Below the pieces are notes generated by a model. It searched no databases, was not told the origin of the DNA, and worked only from the letters and a program-made list of their open reading frames with translations. Positions 27,427 to 39,383 of a DNA stretch of 64,000 nt are shown here, one piece after another; position 1 is the first letter of the stretch, and every line of letters starts with the position of its first letter. The stretch is from an uncultured Rhodospirillaceae bacterium. Its GTDB lineage: Bacteria; Pseudomonadota; Alphaproteobacteria; Dongiales; Dongiaceae. The position numbers and the translations under genes are program-made. The stretch is from contig CAZKCM010000018.1 in assembly GCA_964551315.1 (NCBI GenBank), forward strand, positions 3,423 to 67,422, written 5' to 3'.

Positions 27427-28473
27427 TCAGCGCCAGCAATTCACCCTTACGACAAACTGCCGGGCCGTCGCCAGGATGTCTTCGTCCGACAGCGGTGGTC
27501 CGGACGGCTCGACCCGAAACGAGACGTCATGCGCCTCGAGGAACTCGAAGATCGCGGGATTCGAAATGGCGAGACCGATGTCGTCGACGATCTGCCCAGT
27601 CTTCCGGTAGAACGCGACGCTGTCGATCTTTGCCTTCACCAGGCCGACCACATTGCCGCTCTGATCGACGAGCGGGCTGCCGCTGTGGCCGGGCTCGACC
27701 GAGCCGCCGACGAGGAACTGCGGGCTCTGCGACGCCAGGTCCTGCGGCCGGGCGATCGCCGGCGTCAGGCTCGACAGGATGGTCGGCACGCCCTGGAGCG
27801 GAAAGCCGATGACGGCCAGCCGGAACGGGCTCGCCGAGGCAGGGTCCGCGTTGAAGGCGGCGACCGTCCGGCCCTCGTCCGTCAGACCGCTCGAGAGCAG
27901 TGCCAGGTCTCGTTCGCCGTCCTTCGCGCGCAGCCGTGCCGGCGTATTGGTGCCGTCCGCCGCCGTCACGGATATCACCGCGCAGCTCCGGACGACGTGA
28001 AAGTTGGTGAGGATCTCGCCGCCGTTCTGGCTGACCAATATGCCGGTGCCGCTTCCGGAAAGGCGGCGGTTCTCCGTCGCCGAGCCGACGCCGAACTGGC
28101 GGGCCGCAGCCTGTACCCGCAGGTTCCGCGCCGCCTCGAGCCGGGCGGCCTCGCGCTCATCGACGATCTCGCCGCGGCAAAGGGCGGCCGGCAGGCGGGT
28201 CACGAGGTCGCGCTCGGACTCGTAGCAGGCGACAATGGCGTCAGGATCGGTCGGGTCGGGCGGTATCCCGGGCTGCATGGCCGGCTGTGTGGCTGGCAGC
28301 GACATGGCGCAGCCGGCGGTGAGCAAGGTCGCCGACAGCGCTGCCGACGGCCCCGGAAGGGGCAGGGGAGGGAAGAGACGGCGCACGAAAGCGAACGTTT
28401 GCGCAACGAATTGCATGGGTTTCCACCCCCCTCTCGCCATCGTTGTACCTCCTTCGCGCTCGCTTCCCGCCAA
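27427..28473 (-). CDS. Trypsin-like (S1) serine protease, probable lipoprotein
   Basis: GSGTG, LTNFHVV (His), DLALL (Asp), PGHSGSP (Ser); LLTAG-C possible lipobox; start uncertain. Confidence 0.82.
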   Translation of the reverse strand: MAGSEREGGTTMARGGWKPMQFVAQTFAFVRRLFPPLPLPGPSAALSATLLTAGCAMSLPATQPAMQPGIPPDPTDPDAIVACYESERDLVTRLPAALCRGEIVDEREAARLEAARNLRVQAAARQFGVGSATENRRLSGSGTGILVSQNGGEILTNFHVVRSCAVISVTAADGTNTPARLRAKDGERDLALLSSGLTDEGRTVAAFNADPASASPFRLAVIGFPLQGVPTILSSLTPAIARPQDLASQSPQFLVGGSVEPGHSGSPLVDQSGNVVGLVKAKIDSVAFYRKTGQIVDDIGLAISNPAIFEFLEAHDVSFRVEPSGPPLSDEDILATARQFVVRVNCWR

Positions 28474-28617
28474 CGGCGCCTTTGTTGCTCTTGTTCCAAC
28501 CCCCGTGATAGGGTCTTTACGAGGCGTTCATCATGACCTGCCAAAAGAAAATTGATGCTTTCGGTGTTTTCTTAGGACTCCTGGCGAACCTGTGCTGATC
28601 AAAGAACGCGCGGTGAC

Positions 28618-29727
28618 GTGATAACGAGTCATTCCGGAGTCCTGTTCCAGGACGTTTGGCGGCCGGTGACGCTGCCCCCAGACCTTCCGCCGTTGCTTCT
28701 GGTGGTCGTCGATACCGAAGAAGAGTTCGACTGGGCGAAGCCGTTTTCGCGCCAGGAGGTCAGCGTACGCTCGATGGCGGCGCAGCACCGGATGCATCGG
28801 ATCTTCGACAAGTTCGGCATAAAGCCGACCTATGTGATCGATTATCCTGTCATCAGCCAGGAGGAAGGCGTCGCCCCGCTGCGCGAGCTGCTCGAGGCCG
28901 GGAGCTGCATCGTCGGGACGCATCTTCAGCCTTGGGTCAACCCGCCCTTCCTGGAGCAGGTCTCCGACCGGAACTCCTTCCCCGGGAATCTCGAGCCGGA
29001 CCTCGAAAGGCGCAAGCTGGAGATGCTGACGCGAAAGATCGAGGACGTCCTCGGCATCAGCCCGACCATCTACAAGGCCGGCCGCTACGGCCTGGGGCCG
29101 CATACTTTCCGGACGCTGGCGGAGACCGGTTACACGATCGATCTCAGCGCCGTGCCGGGGGCCGATCTTCGGTGGAAGTTCGGGCCGGACTTCCGCCGCA
29201 TCCGGCCGATTCCGTACTGGGTCGGCGACGCGAAGATCCTCGAGCTGCCGATGACCCGTGGATACACGGGGCTCCTCGCGGCCCTCGGGCCGCAACTCGA
29301 CGGGTTGCTGAACATCCCCTTGGCGCGCTGGCTCCATCTCGGTGGCATCTTTGCCCGGTTCCGCCTTCTTGAGGGAATCATCCTGAGCCCCGAAGGGGAA
29401 AACCACCGGCAGCATCTGGCCCTCCTGCGCGAGCTGCTGAAGCGCGGCGTGCGAATCTTCAGCCTCACCTACCACAGCCCGTCGCTCGTGCCGGGCAACA
29501 CGCCCTACGTCCGCTCCGACGCGGATCTGCGCCGCTTCCTCGAAACCGTCGAGCAGTTCTGCGCGGCCTTTATCGACGAATTTGCCGGCGTCCCGACGGA
29601 CCCGCTGTCGATCCGCAAGATGCTGCTGGACGCCGAGGCGCGCGAGGCGTCGGCCGCGCCGCCGGCGGGCGAAGGCGCTAGCCCCGCAGCTCGGTCAGCA
29701 GCAGCTTCGCCGCCTCGCGCTCGGTGA
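28618..29727 (+). CDS. WalW-like polysaccharide deacetylase
   Basis: VDTEEEFDW, PTYVIDYP, GTHLQPWVNPP, YKAGRYG, LTYHSPS. Confidence 0.85.
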   Translation: MITSHSGVLFQDVWRPVTLPPDLPPLLLVVVDTEEEFDWAKPFSRQEVSVRSMAAQHRMHRIFDKFGIKPTYVIDYPVISQEEGVAPLRELLEAGSCIVGTHLQPWVNPPFLEQVSDRNSFPGNLEPDLERRKLEMLTRKIEDVLGISPTIYKAGRYGLGPHTFRTLAETGYTIDLSAVPGADLRWKFGPDFRRIRPIPYWVGDAKILELPMTRGYTGLLAALGPQLDGLLNIPLARWLHLGGIFARFRLLEGIILSPEGENHRQHLALLRELLKRGVRIFSLTYHSPSLVPGNTPYVRSDADLRRFLETVEQFCAAFIDEFAGVPTDPLSIRKMLLDAEAREASAAPPAGEGASPAARSAAASPPRAR

Positions 29728-32545
29728 AGGGCTGATCCGTCGCCAGCAGTTTCTCGAGAATCGCCAACGCCGCATCGCGGTCGCCTGCCGCGTGCAGCGC
29801 GTACGCCAGGTGATACTGGATATCGAGGTTCGTCGGTGCCGCGCTTGCCGCCTCGCGGAGCAGCTCCAGCCCTTCCGGCGTCTGGGCCGACTGGACGAGG
29901 AGCCAACCCAGCGTATCGGCGATCTCCGGAGAGGAGGGCGCCAGCTGCCGGGCCCGCCGGGCGTAGTCCAGGGCGTTGGGCTGGTTCAGCTCGTTCTTGA
30001 GCCAGGCCAGGTTGTTCAGGACGGCGGCGTCGTTCGGGTTCACGGCCGCCAGCCTCTCGTAGTGTTGCGCGGCGGCCTCGTAGTCGCCTGTTTCGAGCAG
30101 AGCCGAAGCGAGGGCGAGCCGCGCCGAGTGATCGTCCTCGTGGCTTTCCACCCAGTCCTTGAGGTTGGCCACCGCCGCGTCCATCTCGCCGGCCGACCGC
30201 CGGGCCAGGAACAGGTCGATCGCCAGGGACGAGACCGGATTCTCCTGGAACGCCTGGGTGAGGACCGAGACGGCCTCGCCGGTCCGGCCGAGCCGCATCA
30301 GCACGTCCGACTTGAGCTGCGCCGCGGCCACGGCGTTGTCCGCCTTCAGCCGGTCGGCGATCCGCAGCGCCTCCTCCGGCCGCTCCTCGGACATGGCGAA
30401 GTTGATGAGGCCGGCTGCCGCAGCGGCATTTCCCGGATCCTTCGCCTGCAGATCGATGAGGACCTGCCGCGCCTCGTCCTTCCGGTCGGCGGCGTAGAGC
30501 GCATCGGCGAGCGCGAGCTGAAGCCGCTCCGAATCCGGCTGAAGCGCCGCCGCCGTCTGGAACAGCTCGGCGGACTCGGCCGAGGCGCCGGCGTCGAACA
30601 GCGCACCGGCGGCGAAGGCGATGGTCTCCGCGTCGTCAAGCGCCATTTCGGCCAGTTCCCGGGCCACCGGGACGACGGGTTCGCGCTGCCCGTTCCGCAG
30701 ATAGGAGATGATCAATGCCCGCCGGACCGCCCTGCTGTCGGGCATCGCGGCCCGGGCGGATTCGAGCAGTTCGTATGTCTCGTCCGGGCGGCCCTGGCTC
30801 AACAGGAACTCGGCCAGGCGCAGGGTCATCCGCTCGTCTTTCGGGTTCCGCTCCAGGCGGTCCCGCATCCGGTTCTCGACCGCCTCCGGATTGCCGGCAC
30901 GCAGGTCGAGCCGGTCGAGGTTCGACAGGGCCGAAAGGAAGTCGGGATTGATCGCCAAGGCTTCCTCGAAGCGTTGGCGCGCCGTCTCTTCGTCCCCGCG
31001 CGCCACATGCACGCCGCCCTCGATGTTGAGGACCACGGGGTTATCCGGATGCTGCGATTTCAGCCGCTCGACCTCTTCGAGGGCCGCGTCGAAATCGCGG
31101 GTCCGCAGGTAGTCGAGGACCAGCAGGATCCGTCTCGACAGATCGTCCGGCTGCAGAAGCTCGCCCTCCGGCAGAGCCGCCTGGCGCGCCGCCGTTTCCG
31201 CTCCCGCGCTCTCGCCGGCGGGCGCCTCGCCGCTGGGAACGTCGCCCGCGGGGATCTCGCCGATGCCGAGCGACGGGCCGAGCAGGGTCAGCGCCGTGCG
31301 CGCCTGCTGGACGACGGCCGGGTTGCCCGACCGCTCGATCTGCTCGAAGATCTTGGCCGCCTCGTCATATCTCGCGGTCCGCATGTAACCGCTGGCGAGC
31401 AGCTGCAGCGCGGCCGCGTCGTCGGGATGCTCCTGGACCAGAGGTTCGAGAAGCTCGACCGCCGACTCCGGCTCGCCTTGGCGCAGGTGAACGAGCGCCA
31501 GCAGGCGCTTCGCCGCCGTGTTCTGCGGTTGGGCGCGGACATATCGCGTCAGCATGTCGTTGGCCTGGGCGTACTGCCCTGTGCTGAACTTGATGAGACC
31601 ACCCAGCAGAAGCCCCGGGATGAAGTCCCGCATCTCGTCCTGAATCGTCAGGTACAGCCGGTCCGCCTCGTTGTACTCGCCCCGGGCGAAATGGACGCCC
31701 GCCTGCAGATACTTCGCGAAGCGATGATCGGGCTGGCGCTCGAGCACCGCCGCGACCTCCCTCTCGCCTTCTTCGAGCTTGCCGGTCTGCAGGAGGGCTT
31801 GCGCCCGGCCGAGATGGACGCGCGTATCGCCCGGCCGGATGCGGTTCGCCCGTTCGAGCGCGTCCAGCGCCCCGGCGAACTGCCGCTCGCGGAGCGCCAT
31901 CTCGGCCTTCAGCAGCCAGCCGTCGAAGAACTCCGGATCGATGTCGAGCGCGGTCTGCAGGGTATCGCGGGCGGTCTCGAGGTCACCCCGGGCGGCCTGC
32001 AGCCGGGCGAGCGCGAAATGCGCACCGACCGCCTTGGGGTCCGAGTCCAGGATCTCACGGTACAGCGCCTCCGCCTTCTCCGGCTCGCCGAGGCCGAAAT
32101 GGGCGTTGCCCCGAAGCAGGATCTTCTGCCGGTGCAGTTCCGGCGTCGCGGCCTCCGGCGAGATGGCCGACAGGACCGCGTCGTATTTCTGCTGCATCAG
32201 CAGGGCGTTGCCGAGCAGGATCTCCGTCTCGTCGCTGGGGCGCGCGCTCAGGGCCCGGCGCAGTTCCTTTTCGGCCGAGGGGCCGTCTCCCGCCTGCAGA
32301 TACAGCTGGCCGAGCAGGAGCCGGGCGTCGGCATTGTCGGGATTCTGCTGCAGGGCGTTGCGGAGCTGGATGATCGCCGCGGCGGCGTTGCCGCTCTCGA
32401 GTTGCTTCAGCGCATCCTCGTAGAAGGACCGGGACCGCTCCTCCTCGATCGACACCGCCGATGCGCCGGAGGCTGCCCCCAGGACGAGCAGGGCCGTCAT
32501 GCTCGAGCTGAGCAGGAGGGATCGGAGGAATCGTCGTTCGCGCAT
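29678..32545 (-). CDS. prsT: PEP-CTERM system TPR protein PrsT
   Basis: AAIIQLRNALQ..P...ARLLLG..YL..G..AEKEL, many TPRs, LNNLAW, DTLGW; directly follows prsR. Confidence 0.88.
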   Translation of the reverse strand: MRERRFLRSLLLSSSMTALLVLGAASGASAVSIEEERSRSFYEDALKQLESGNAAAAIIQLRNALQQNPDNADARLLLGQLYLQAGDGPSAEKELRRALSARPSDETEILLGNALLMQQKYDAVLSAISPEAATPELHRQKILLRGNAHFGLGEPEKAEALYREILDSDPKAVGAHFALARLQAARGDLETARDTLQTALDIDPEFFDGWLLKAEMALRERQFAGALDALERANRIRPGDTRVHLGRAQALLQTGKLEEGEREVAAVLERQPDHRFAKYLQAGVHFARGEYNEADRLYLTIQDEMRDFIPGLLLGGLIKFSTGQYAQANDMLTRYVRAQPQNTAAKRLLALVHLRQGEPESAVELLEPLVQEHPDDAAALQLLASGYMRTARYDEAAKIFEQIERSGNPAVVQQARTALTLLGPSLGIGEIPAGDVPSGEAPAGESAGAETAARQAALPEGELLQPDDLSRRILLVLDYLRTRDFDAALEEVERLKSQHPDNPVVLNIEGGVHVARGDEETARQRFEEALAINPDFLSALSNLDRLDLRAGNPEAVENRMRDRLERNPKDERMTLRLAEFLLSQGRPDETYELLESARAAMPDSRAVRRALIISYLRNGQREPVVPVARELAEMALDDAETIAFAAGALFDAGASAESAELFQTAAALQPDSERLQLALADALYAADRKDEARQVLIDLQAKDPGNAAAAAGLINFAMSEERPEEALRIADRLKADNAVAAAQLKSDVLMRLGRTGEAVSVLTQAFQENPVSSLAIDLFLARRSAGEMDAAVANLKDWVESHEDDHSARLALASALLETGDYEAAAQHYERLAAVNPNDAAVLNNLAWLKNELNQPNALDYARRARQLAPSSPEIADTLGWLLVQSAQTPEGLELLREAASAAPTNLDIQYHLAYALHAAGDRDAALAILEKLLATDQPFTEREAAKLLLTELRG

Positions 32546-32658
32546 GGTGTTCCTTCACTCGTAAGGGTGAAAGCTCGACGGATGCTTCCGCATGCCGCCA
32601 TGATAAGGGCTTCCCGCCGGCAGGCGAAGGCGCTTTTGGGACGGTGGTTCGGGCGCTC

Positions 32659-34010
<1,352 letters not shown>

Positions 34011-34014
<4 letters not shown>

Positions 34015-36122
34015 TGTTCCGTCTCGTTCAATGCCGCTTCCTGCGCAGGCTGAGCGCTCGCCGAAGGGTCGCCGCTGGAGGCCAGCGGCAGCAGGAGCCG
34101 GACTGTCGTACCGGCACCGACCTGGCTTTCCACCTCGATCCGTCCCCCCCAGCCTTCAGCCAGCTCTCGGGCCTGATACATGCCGATACCAAATCCGCCG
34201 CCTTTGGTCGAGGCGAAGGGCTCGAACAGCTTCCGCTCGATGAAGGCCTGGGTCATGCCCGGCCCGTTGTCCGCGATCTCGATCACGGCGTCGCCGCGCC
34301 GGGCGCGGCAGCGAATCTCGACCCGTCCGTCGGTTCCCACCGCCTCCAGGGAATTTTGAACCAGATTGTCAAGAATTCCCGACAAAGCCATGCGATCGGC
34401 GCGAACCTGGATGCCGTCCTCGATCGTGCCGACCCGCAGCACCTCGCGGAGAGGCTTCTTGCGCTCCAAGAGCTCGTTGAGGAGTGGCGCGAGCGCCACG
34501 GCTTCGCCGGCCGGCTCCGAATCGGCGCCTTCGCGCAGGCGGACCAGCATTGCCTGCATTTTTTCCACCGAGCCGCGCACGGTTTCCAGGACGTCGCGCT
34601 GAAATTCCGGGTTGTTGCCGTGGCGTTCGGCGTGATGGAGGATCAGCGAGAGCTGGCTCACAAGGTTCTTCAGGTCGTGCGCGACGAAGCTGAACCTCTT
34701 GCTCAGCCGCTCGAATCGCTGCGCCTCAATCAGTGCGCGCGTCGCCTGCTCCTCGGCGATGTAGCTGCCGATCTGAACGCCGAGGATGTCGAGAAGGTCT
34801 TCGTCCTCCCAGTTGAGCGCCCGCGGCGCCCGGGGCTGTCCCACCAGGATGGCGCCGACGATCTGGCCGCGGGCCCTGAGCGGGATCAGCAGCCACGGGG
34901 CTTCGAGGCCCTGGATCCAGGTGGTCACCTCCGCGGCCCGGTCGGGATTCTCGCCCGGAAGCTCGATCCCGCCGCGGAGGTTCAGCACCTCCTCGGACCG
35001 CTCCATCTGTTCGACCAGCGCGGCCGGCAGGGTGGGGCGGGTGGCGGCGCAGGCCCACTGGACGCGGCCGGCCAGCGAATAGATGTCGCCGCGCCCGCGC
35101 AGATAAAGCGCGCCGGCGCTGCATTCCAGGACGTCGGCCATGGCCTGGACGGCCCGGTTGTAGAGGGTGCCTCCCTCGTCGCCCGCCGACATCGTGCGGA
35201 TAAATCGCAGCCATTCGTGTCGGTAGTCATAGGCGAAGGCGAAGAAGTTCTGCGCGATGAACATCTTCATCCGCGCGCGAAGCTGGCCCGACAGCAGCAG
35301 CACGGCCAGCACCATGGCGGCGCCGGAGAAGAACAGCATCTGCAGGACCGGGCCCCAGGTCAGGTTCAGCTCGCGCATCAGATAGCCGATGCCGGCGACG
35401 GCCAGCAGATAGATGCCGCTGCCGAGCAGCGCCGTGGTCTGCAGCACGGCGGCGCGGGAGACGCCGACGTCGAAGGACAGCGTGCGGATGCGCGCCGCGG
35501 CGACGAGGACGAAGGGCACGACCGCCGCGTTCACCAGGGGGCGCGCGGCGGCGATGACGGGGTCTATCTGTTTGAACAGCAGGGCCGCGGAATAGAGGAA
35601 CAGGTCGAAGGCGAACAGCCCGCCGAGCCCGATCAGGAGGTGCTTGAAGGCCCAGCGCGCCCCGGCCGCGGTCTGCCTGAACAGGTTTTCGACCAGCAGG
35701 AGCCCGAGGATGGCGAGCGCCAGATGCGCGAACAGGCCGAGCCCGGGCAGGGACCCCATCTCGCTCCAGGCACTTCCCTCCAGCGCGGCGGCAGCACCGA
35801 GGCCGATCAGCGCGAGGCCGACGGCGGCCAGGGGGTCGCGCCACACCTGCGCCGCGGTGTCGCCCCGGGCAAGCAGCCCCCGGATCACCAGCATGAAGAA
35901 GATCCAGCCGCCCGTCCGCGCAAGCTCGGCCAGGGGTTCGACGGCGGTGGGGCGCGCGGGAATCAGCCCGACCACGGCAACGGCCGCGGCCCACAGCACC
36001 GTCAGCGCCGTCGCCGCGATGAGCGCGAGGCCGAGCCCGCGCCGCCGCCACCCGCTCACGAGGAACACGGTCAGCAGCAGATAGGCGCCGGCGGCGATGC
36101 CGTGGGTGATGACGCCGATCAT
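34011..36122 (-). CDS. prsK: PEP-CTERM system histidine kinase PrsK
   Basis: Multi-TM N-terminus, FDLFLY, YDYRHEWLRF, GAF, FVAHDLKN, DNGPGM, GFGIG. Confidence 0.92.
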
Positions 36123-36327
36123 TTCATCCGGTCGTTCAAGAACCGCGAGCAACGTTCACATCCGCTGGCGAAAAGGCCTCATAATATTTTGAAATATAAC
36201 ACTATAGCGGGCCCAATTTCGAATGAATTCGGGGCCGTTTCCCGCCTTTCCTCCGATCGGCGTTTCGGCCGCGCCGGCCCTCCCCCGGTGGTACCCGGGC
36301 ATTCCTGGGCCGATCTTGTCGCGGCGA

Positions 36328-37428
36328 TCAGCGCCCCCGGTTTCGGCCGGTCAGCCAGCGGGCGGCGCGGCGCACGGCCTTCGGCCCGAGGTTTCGCAGC
36401 GCGTAGGCAAGGCCGGCCGGGGTCGCGGGCTCGTAGGCGATCAGGCCCCAACGCTGGCGCCGCTCCGGCAGCCAGAGCCGCTTATAGGGGTCGTCGCCGC
36501 GGCCGAAGTCGATCTCCTCCGTCCGGTCGTCCTGGAAGGCATGGCGCAGCAAGTGGTGGGTCAGGATCGATCCCGCCGAATAGCGCTTCACCGCCTCCAG
36601 ATGGGCCAGCTTGAAGATCGTCGTGCGGCCCCGGTGGGTAACCCAGAGCTGCGCCGCGACCGGCCGGTCGTCGAGCCGGAGGACCCCGACCGACACCGCG
36701 CCGGCCGCGAGTCCGGTCCGGATCAGGCCGGGCGCGAAGCCGCGATAGGGTTCCGGGGCCTTCCAGCTCTGGGCGTAGACCGTCTCGTAGGCGGCGACGG
36801 CGGCCTCGGCGTCCTCGGGCGCGCGGAGCAGCTCGATCGTCACGCGATGCTCGCGCCGCAGCTTCCGCTCCTTCCGCGCCACGGTGTTTCGGAGGCTGGC
36901 GTCGCGGCCGGCCCAATAGGCGTCGAAATCAAGGCCGTCCGGCCGCAGGTACCAGTTGCCGAACTGCGGGTAGGTTTCGACCAGATAGCCGGCCGCGCGC
37001 AGGCCGGCGTGCAGCGCGTCGAAGGAGGGCGAGGGGGCGTCGAGCGCGTCGAAGGCGATCCGGTCCGGTCGGTCCGCGGCGCGGCGCAGGCCTCGCCCCC
37101 ATTCGGCGATGCGGGCGGCGCCGTCCGGCGCCTCGGCGATGCCGGTGAGCGAGAAGCCGCAGCTATAGTAATTGCTCAGGCCGGCGAGCGTTCGCGCCCG
37201 CAGCGGCCCAAATCGGTCCGGCCGCGTCCGCATGAACAGGACGATGGGCCGGCCCGGCCCGTCGGAAAGCTCGATCAGCGCCAGCCGGTCCCCGGGGTCG
37301 AGGCAGGTCGCCGCGAAGTTCCGGTACCAGGGGAGAGAGCAGTAATAGCTTTCGGCCGCCTCGAGCGCCGCCGCGGATCGAGCCTGCGCGGACAGGTCAT
37401 CGATCCGATCAACGACCGAAACGATCAT
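36328..37428 (-). CDS. GNAT family (Acetyltransf_6-like) protein
   Basis: LSNYY, QFGNW, VYAQSWK, AAQLW, IFKLAH, IDFGRGDDPYK..W; ATGA-coupled to the upstream gene. Confidence 0.82.
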   Translation of the reverse strand: MIVSVVDRIDDLSAQARSAAALEAAESYYCSLPWYRNFAATCLDPGDRLALIELSDGPGRPIVLFMRTRPDRFGPLRARTLAGLSNYYSCGFSLTGIAEAPDGAARIAEWGRGLRRAADRPDRIAFDALDAPSPSFDALHAGLRAAGYLVETYPQFGNWYLRPDGLDFDAYWAGRDASLRNTVARKERKLRREHRVTIELLRAPEDAEAAVAAYETVYAQSWKAPEPYRGFAPGLIRTGLAAGAVSVGVLRLDDRPVAAQLWVTHRGRTTIFKLAHLEAVKRYSAGSILTHHLLRHAFQDDRTEEIDFGRGDDPYKRLWLPERRQRWGLIAYEPATPAGLAYALRNLGPKAVRRAARWLTGRNRGR

Positions 37429-39362
37429 TCGGCCGCTTCCGGCGCGGCGGATCGCGGCCCCGTCGCGCGGGATTCGAGCCACGGTCGGCGCAGAAACGCA
37501 TCGAACATGATCAGGGCCCAGAGGGTGCGGCCGTGGTCGACCCGGCCGCTTCGGTGCTCCGTGGCCAGACGGCGCAGGAAGCCGCCGTCGAACAGCCCGC
37601 AGTCGGTGAGCTTCGAGGCGGAGACGAGCGCTTCGACATGGCCGGCGAGCTCGTTGCGAAGCCAGGATCGGAGGGGGACGGAGAACCCCTGCTTCGGTCG
37701 GTAGAGCAGATCGTGCGGAAGGAGCGGCTCGACCGCCTTCTTCAGGAGGTACTTGCCGCCGGTGCCGCGGATCTTGAGGTGCAGCGGCAGCCCGGCCGCC
37801 CACTCGACGAGCCGGTGGTCCAGCAGGGGGGTGCGGACCTCCAGCGAGTTGGCCATGCTGGCGCGATCGACCTTCGTCAGCATGCCGCCGGCGAGCCAGG
37901 TCTTCAGGTCGATGTACTGCGCCCGGGCGACCGGGTCCTCGGTCCCGGCGCGGGCGCCGTGCTCGCGCAGCACCTCGATGGCCTCGTATCCGTCGAGCGC
38001 GGCCCGGAAATCTCCGCTGTAGAGCCTGCGGCGCAGCGGCGTCGGCAAGAGCGTCACCGCCCGGAAATAGCCGCCGACGGCGTCCTGGGACAACGCCTCG
38101 AAGGTCGCTTTGCCGCGCAGGAAGCGGGGCGCCCAGTCGAGCTTGGGGTAGACGGCCGCCAGCGTCCCGAACAGCGGGCGACGAAGGCCCGCCGGAAGCA
38201 TCCGCTTGACCTGCTCCTCGCGCAGATGGAGGGCATAGCGCCGGTAGCCGGCGAACACCTCGTCGCCGCCGTCGCCGGAAAGCGCCACGGTGACCTTCTC
38301 GCGGGCGAGCGCGCTCAGCATGTAGGTCGGGAGGGCGGAGCTGTCGGCGAAGGGTTCGCAATAGGCGGCCGCCAGCCGGTCGATGAGGGCGTAGGCGTCG
38401 ACGTCGACGCGTTTCGTGAAATGGGCGGTCCCATAGCGCTCCGCGACGGCTGCCGCGTAGCGCGATTCGTCGAAGCGCGCGTCGCCGAAGCCGATGGAGC
38501 AGGTTCGGATCGGTGTCGTCGAGGCCTGCGCCATGAAGGCGACGACGGCGCTCGAATCGACGCCGCCGGACAGGAAGGCGCCGAGCGGCACGTCCGAGAT
38601 GAGGCGCATCCGCACGCTGTCGCGCAGGCGCTCGGCGAGTTCCGCCGTCAGCTCCGCTTCGGGGCGCCCGTCCGGCTCCGGGAAGCGCAGGTCCCAGTAC
38701 GGAGTCGGCGCGGGCACGCCTTTCCCGCGGGTGAGGACGAGATGGTGCGCCGGCGGCAGCTTGCGGACGCCGCGGAAGATGGTCTTCGGGTCGGGGACAT
38801 AGCCGAAGGCGAAGTAGTCCTCCACCGCCTGGGTGTCGAGCTCCGGTTCCTCGGGCAGGCCGGCGACGACCGCCTGAAGCTCGGAGGCGAAGACGATCCG
38901 GTCATCGGCGATCGCATAGTAGAGCGGCTTCTTCCCGAGCCGGTCGCGCGCGAGGAACAGCGTCTGCCGGTCGGCGTCCCACAAGGCGAAGGCGTACATG
39001 CCGCGGAACCGTTCCAAGCAGGCCGCGCCCCATTCCTCCCAGGCATGGACCAAGACCTCCGTGTCGCATCGGGTCCGGAAGCGGTGCCCGCGCCGGGTCA
39101 GTTCTTCGGCGAGCTCTTGGAAGTTGTACAGCATGCCGTTGTAGATGACGGCGACGCTGCCGGTCTCGTTGAACATGGGCTGCCGGCCGCCGCCGACATC
39201 GATGATGGCGAGGCGGCGGTGGCCGAATCCGACTCCCGGCGCCTCGAAGATCTCGTCGCCGTCCGGGCCTCGGTGGGCGAGAAGGGCGTTCATGCGGGCG
39301 AGCCGCGCGCGGTCCACCGGCCGCGTGTCCCGCAGATCGACGATGCCGCTGATCCCGCACAT
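37425..39362 (-). CDS. asnB: XrtA-system asparagine synthase-like amidotransferase
   Basis: N-terminal MCGI, HRGPDG, HRRLAIID, FLSGGVDSS, SGDGGDE, KVDRASMANSLEVR. Confidence 0.92.
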   Translation of the reverse strand: MCGISGIVDLRDTRPVDRARLARMNALLAHRGPDGDEIFEAPGVGFGHRRLAIIDVGGGRQPMFNETGSVAVIYNGMLYNFQELAEELTRRGHRFRTRCDTEVLVHAWEEWGAACLERFRGMYAFALWDADRQTLFLARDRLGKKPLYYAIADDRIVFASELQAVVAGLPEEPELDTQAVEDYFAFGYVPDPKTIFRGVRKLPPAHHLVLTRGKGVPAPTPYWDLRFPEPDGRPEAELTAELAERLRDSVRMRLISDVPLGAFLSGGVDSSAVVAFMAQASTTPIRTCSIGFGDARFDESRYAAAVAERYGTAHFTKRVDVDAYALIDRLAAAYCEPFADSSALPTYMLSALAREKVTVALSGDGGDEVFAGYRRYALHLREEQVKRMLPAGLRRPLFGTLAAVYPKLDWAPRFLRGKATFEALSQDAVGGYFRAVTLLPTPLRRRLYSGDFRAALDGYEAIEVLREHGARAGTEDPVARAQYIDLKTWLAGGMLTKVDRASMANSLEVRTPLLDHRLVEWAAGLPLHLKIRGTGGKYLLKKAVEPLLPHDLLYRPKQGFSVPLRSWLRNELAGHVEALVSASKLTDCGLFDGGFLRRLATEHRSGRVDHGRTLWALIMFDAFLRRPWLESRATGPRSAAPEAAE

Positions 39363-39383
39363 GGCTGGCCTCGTTCGTCGCCG

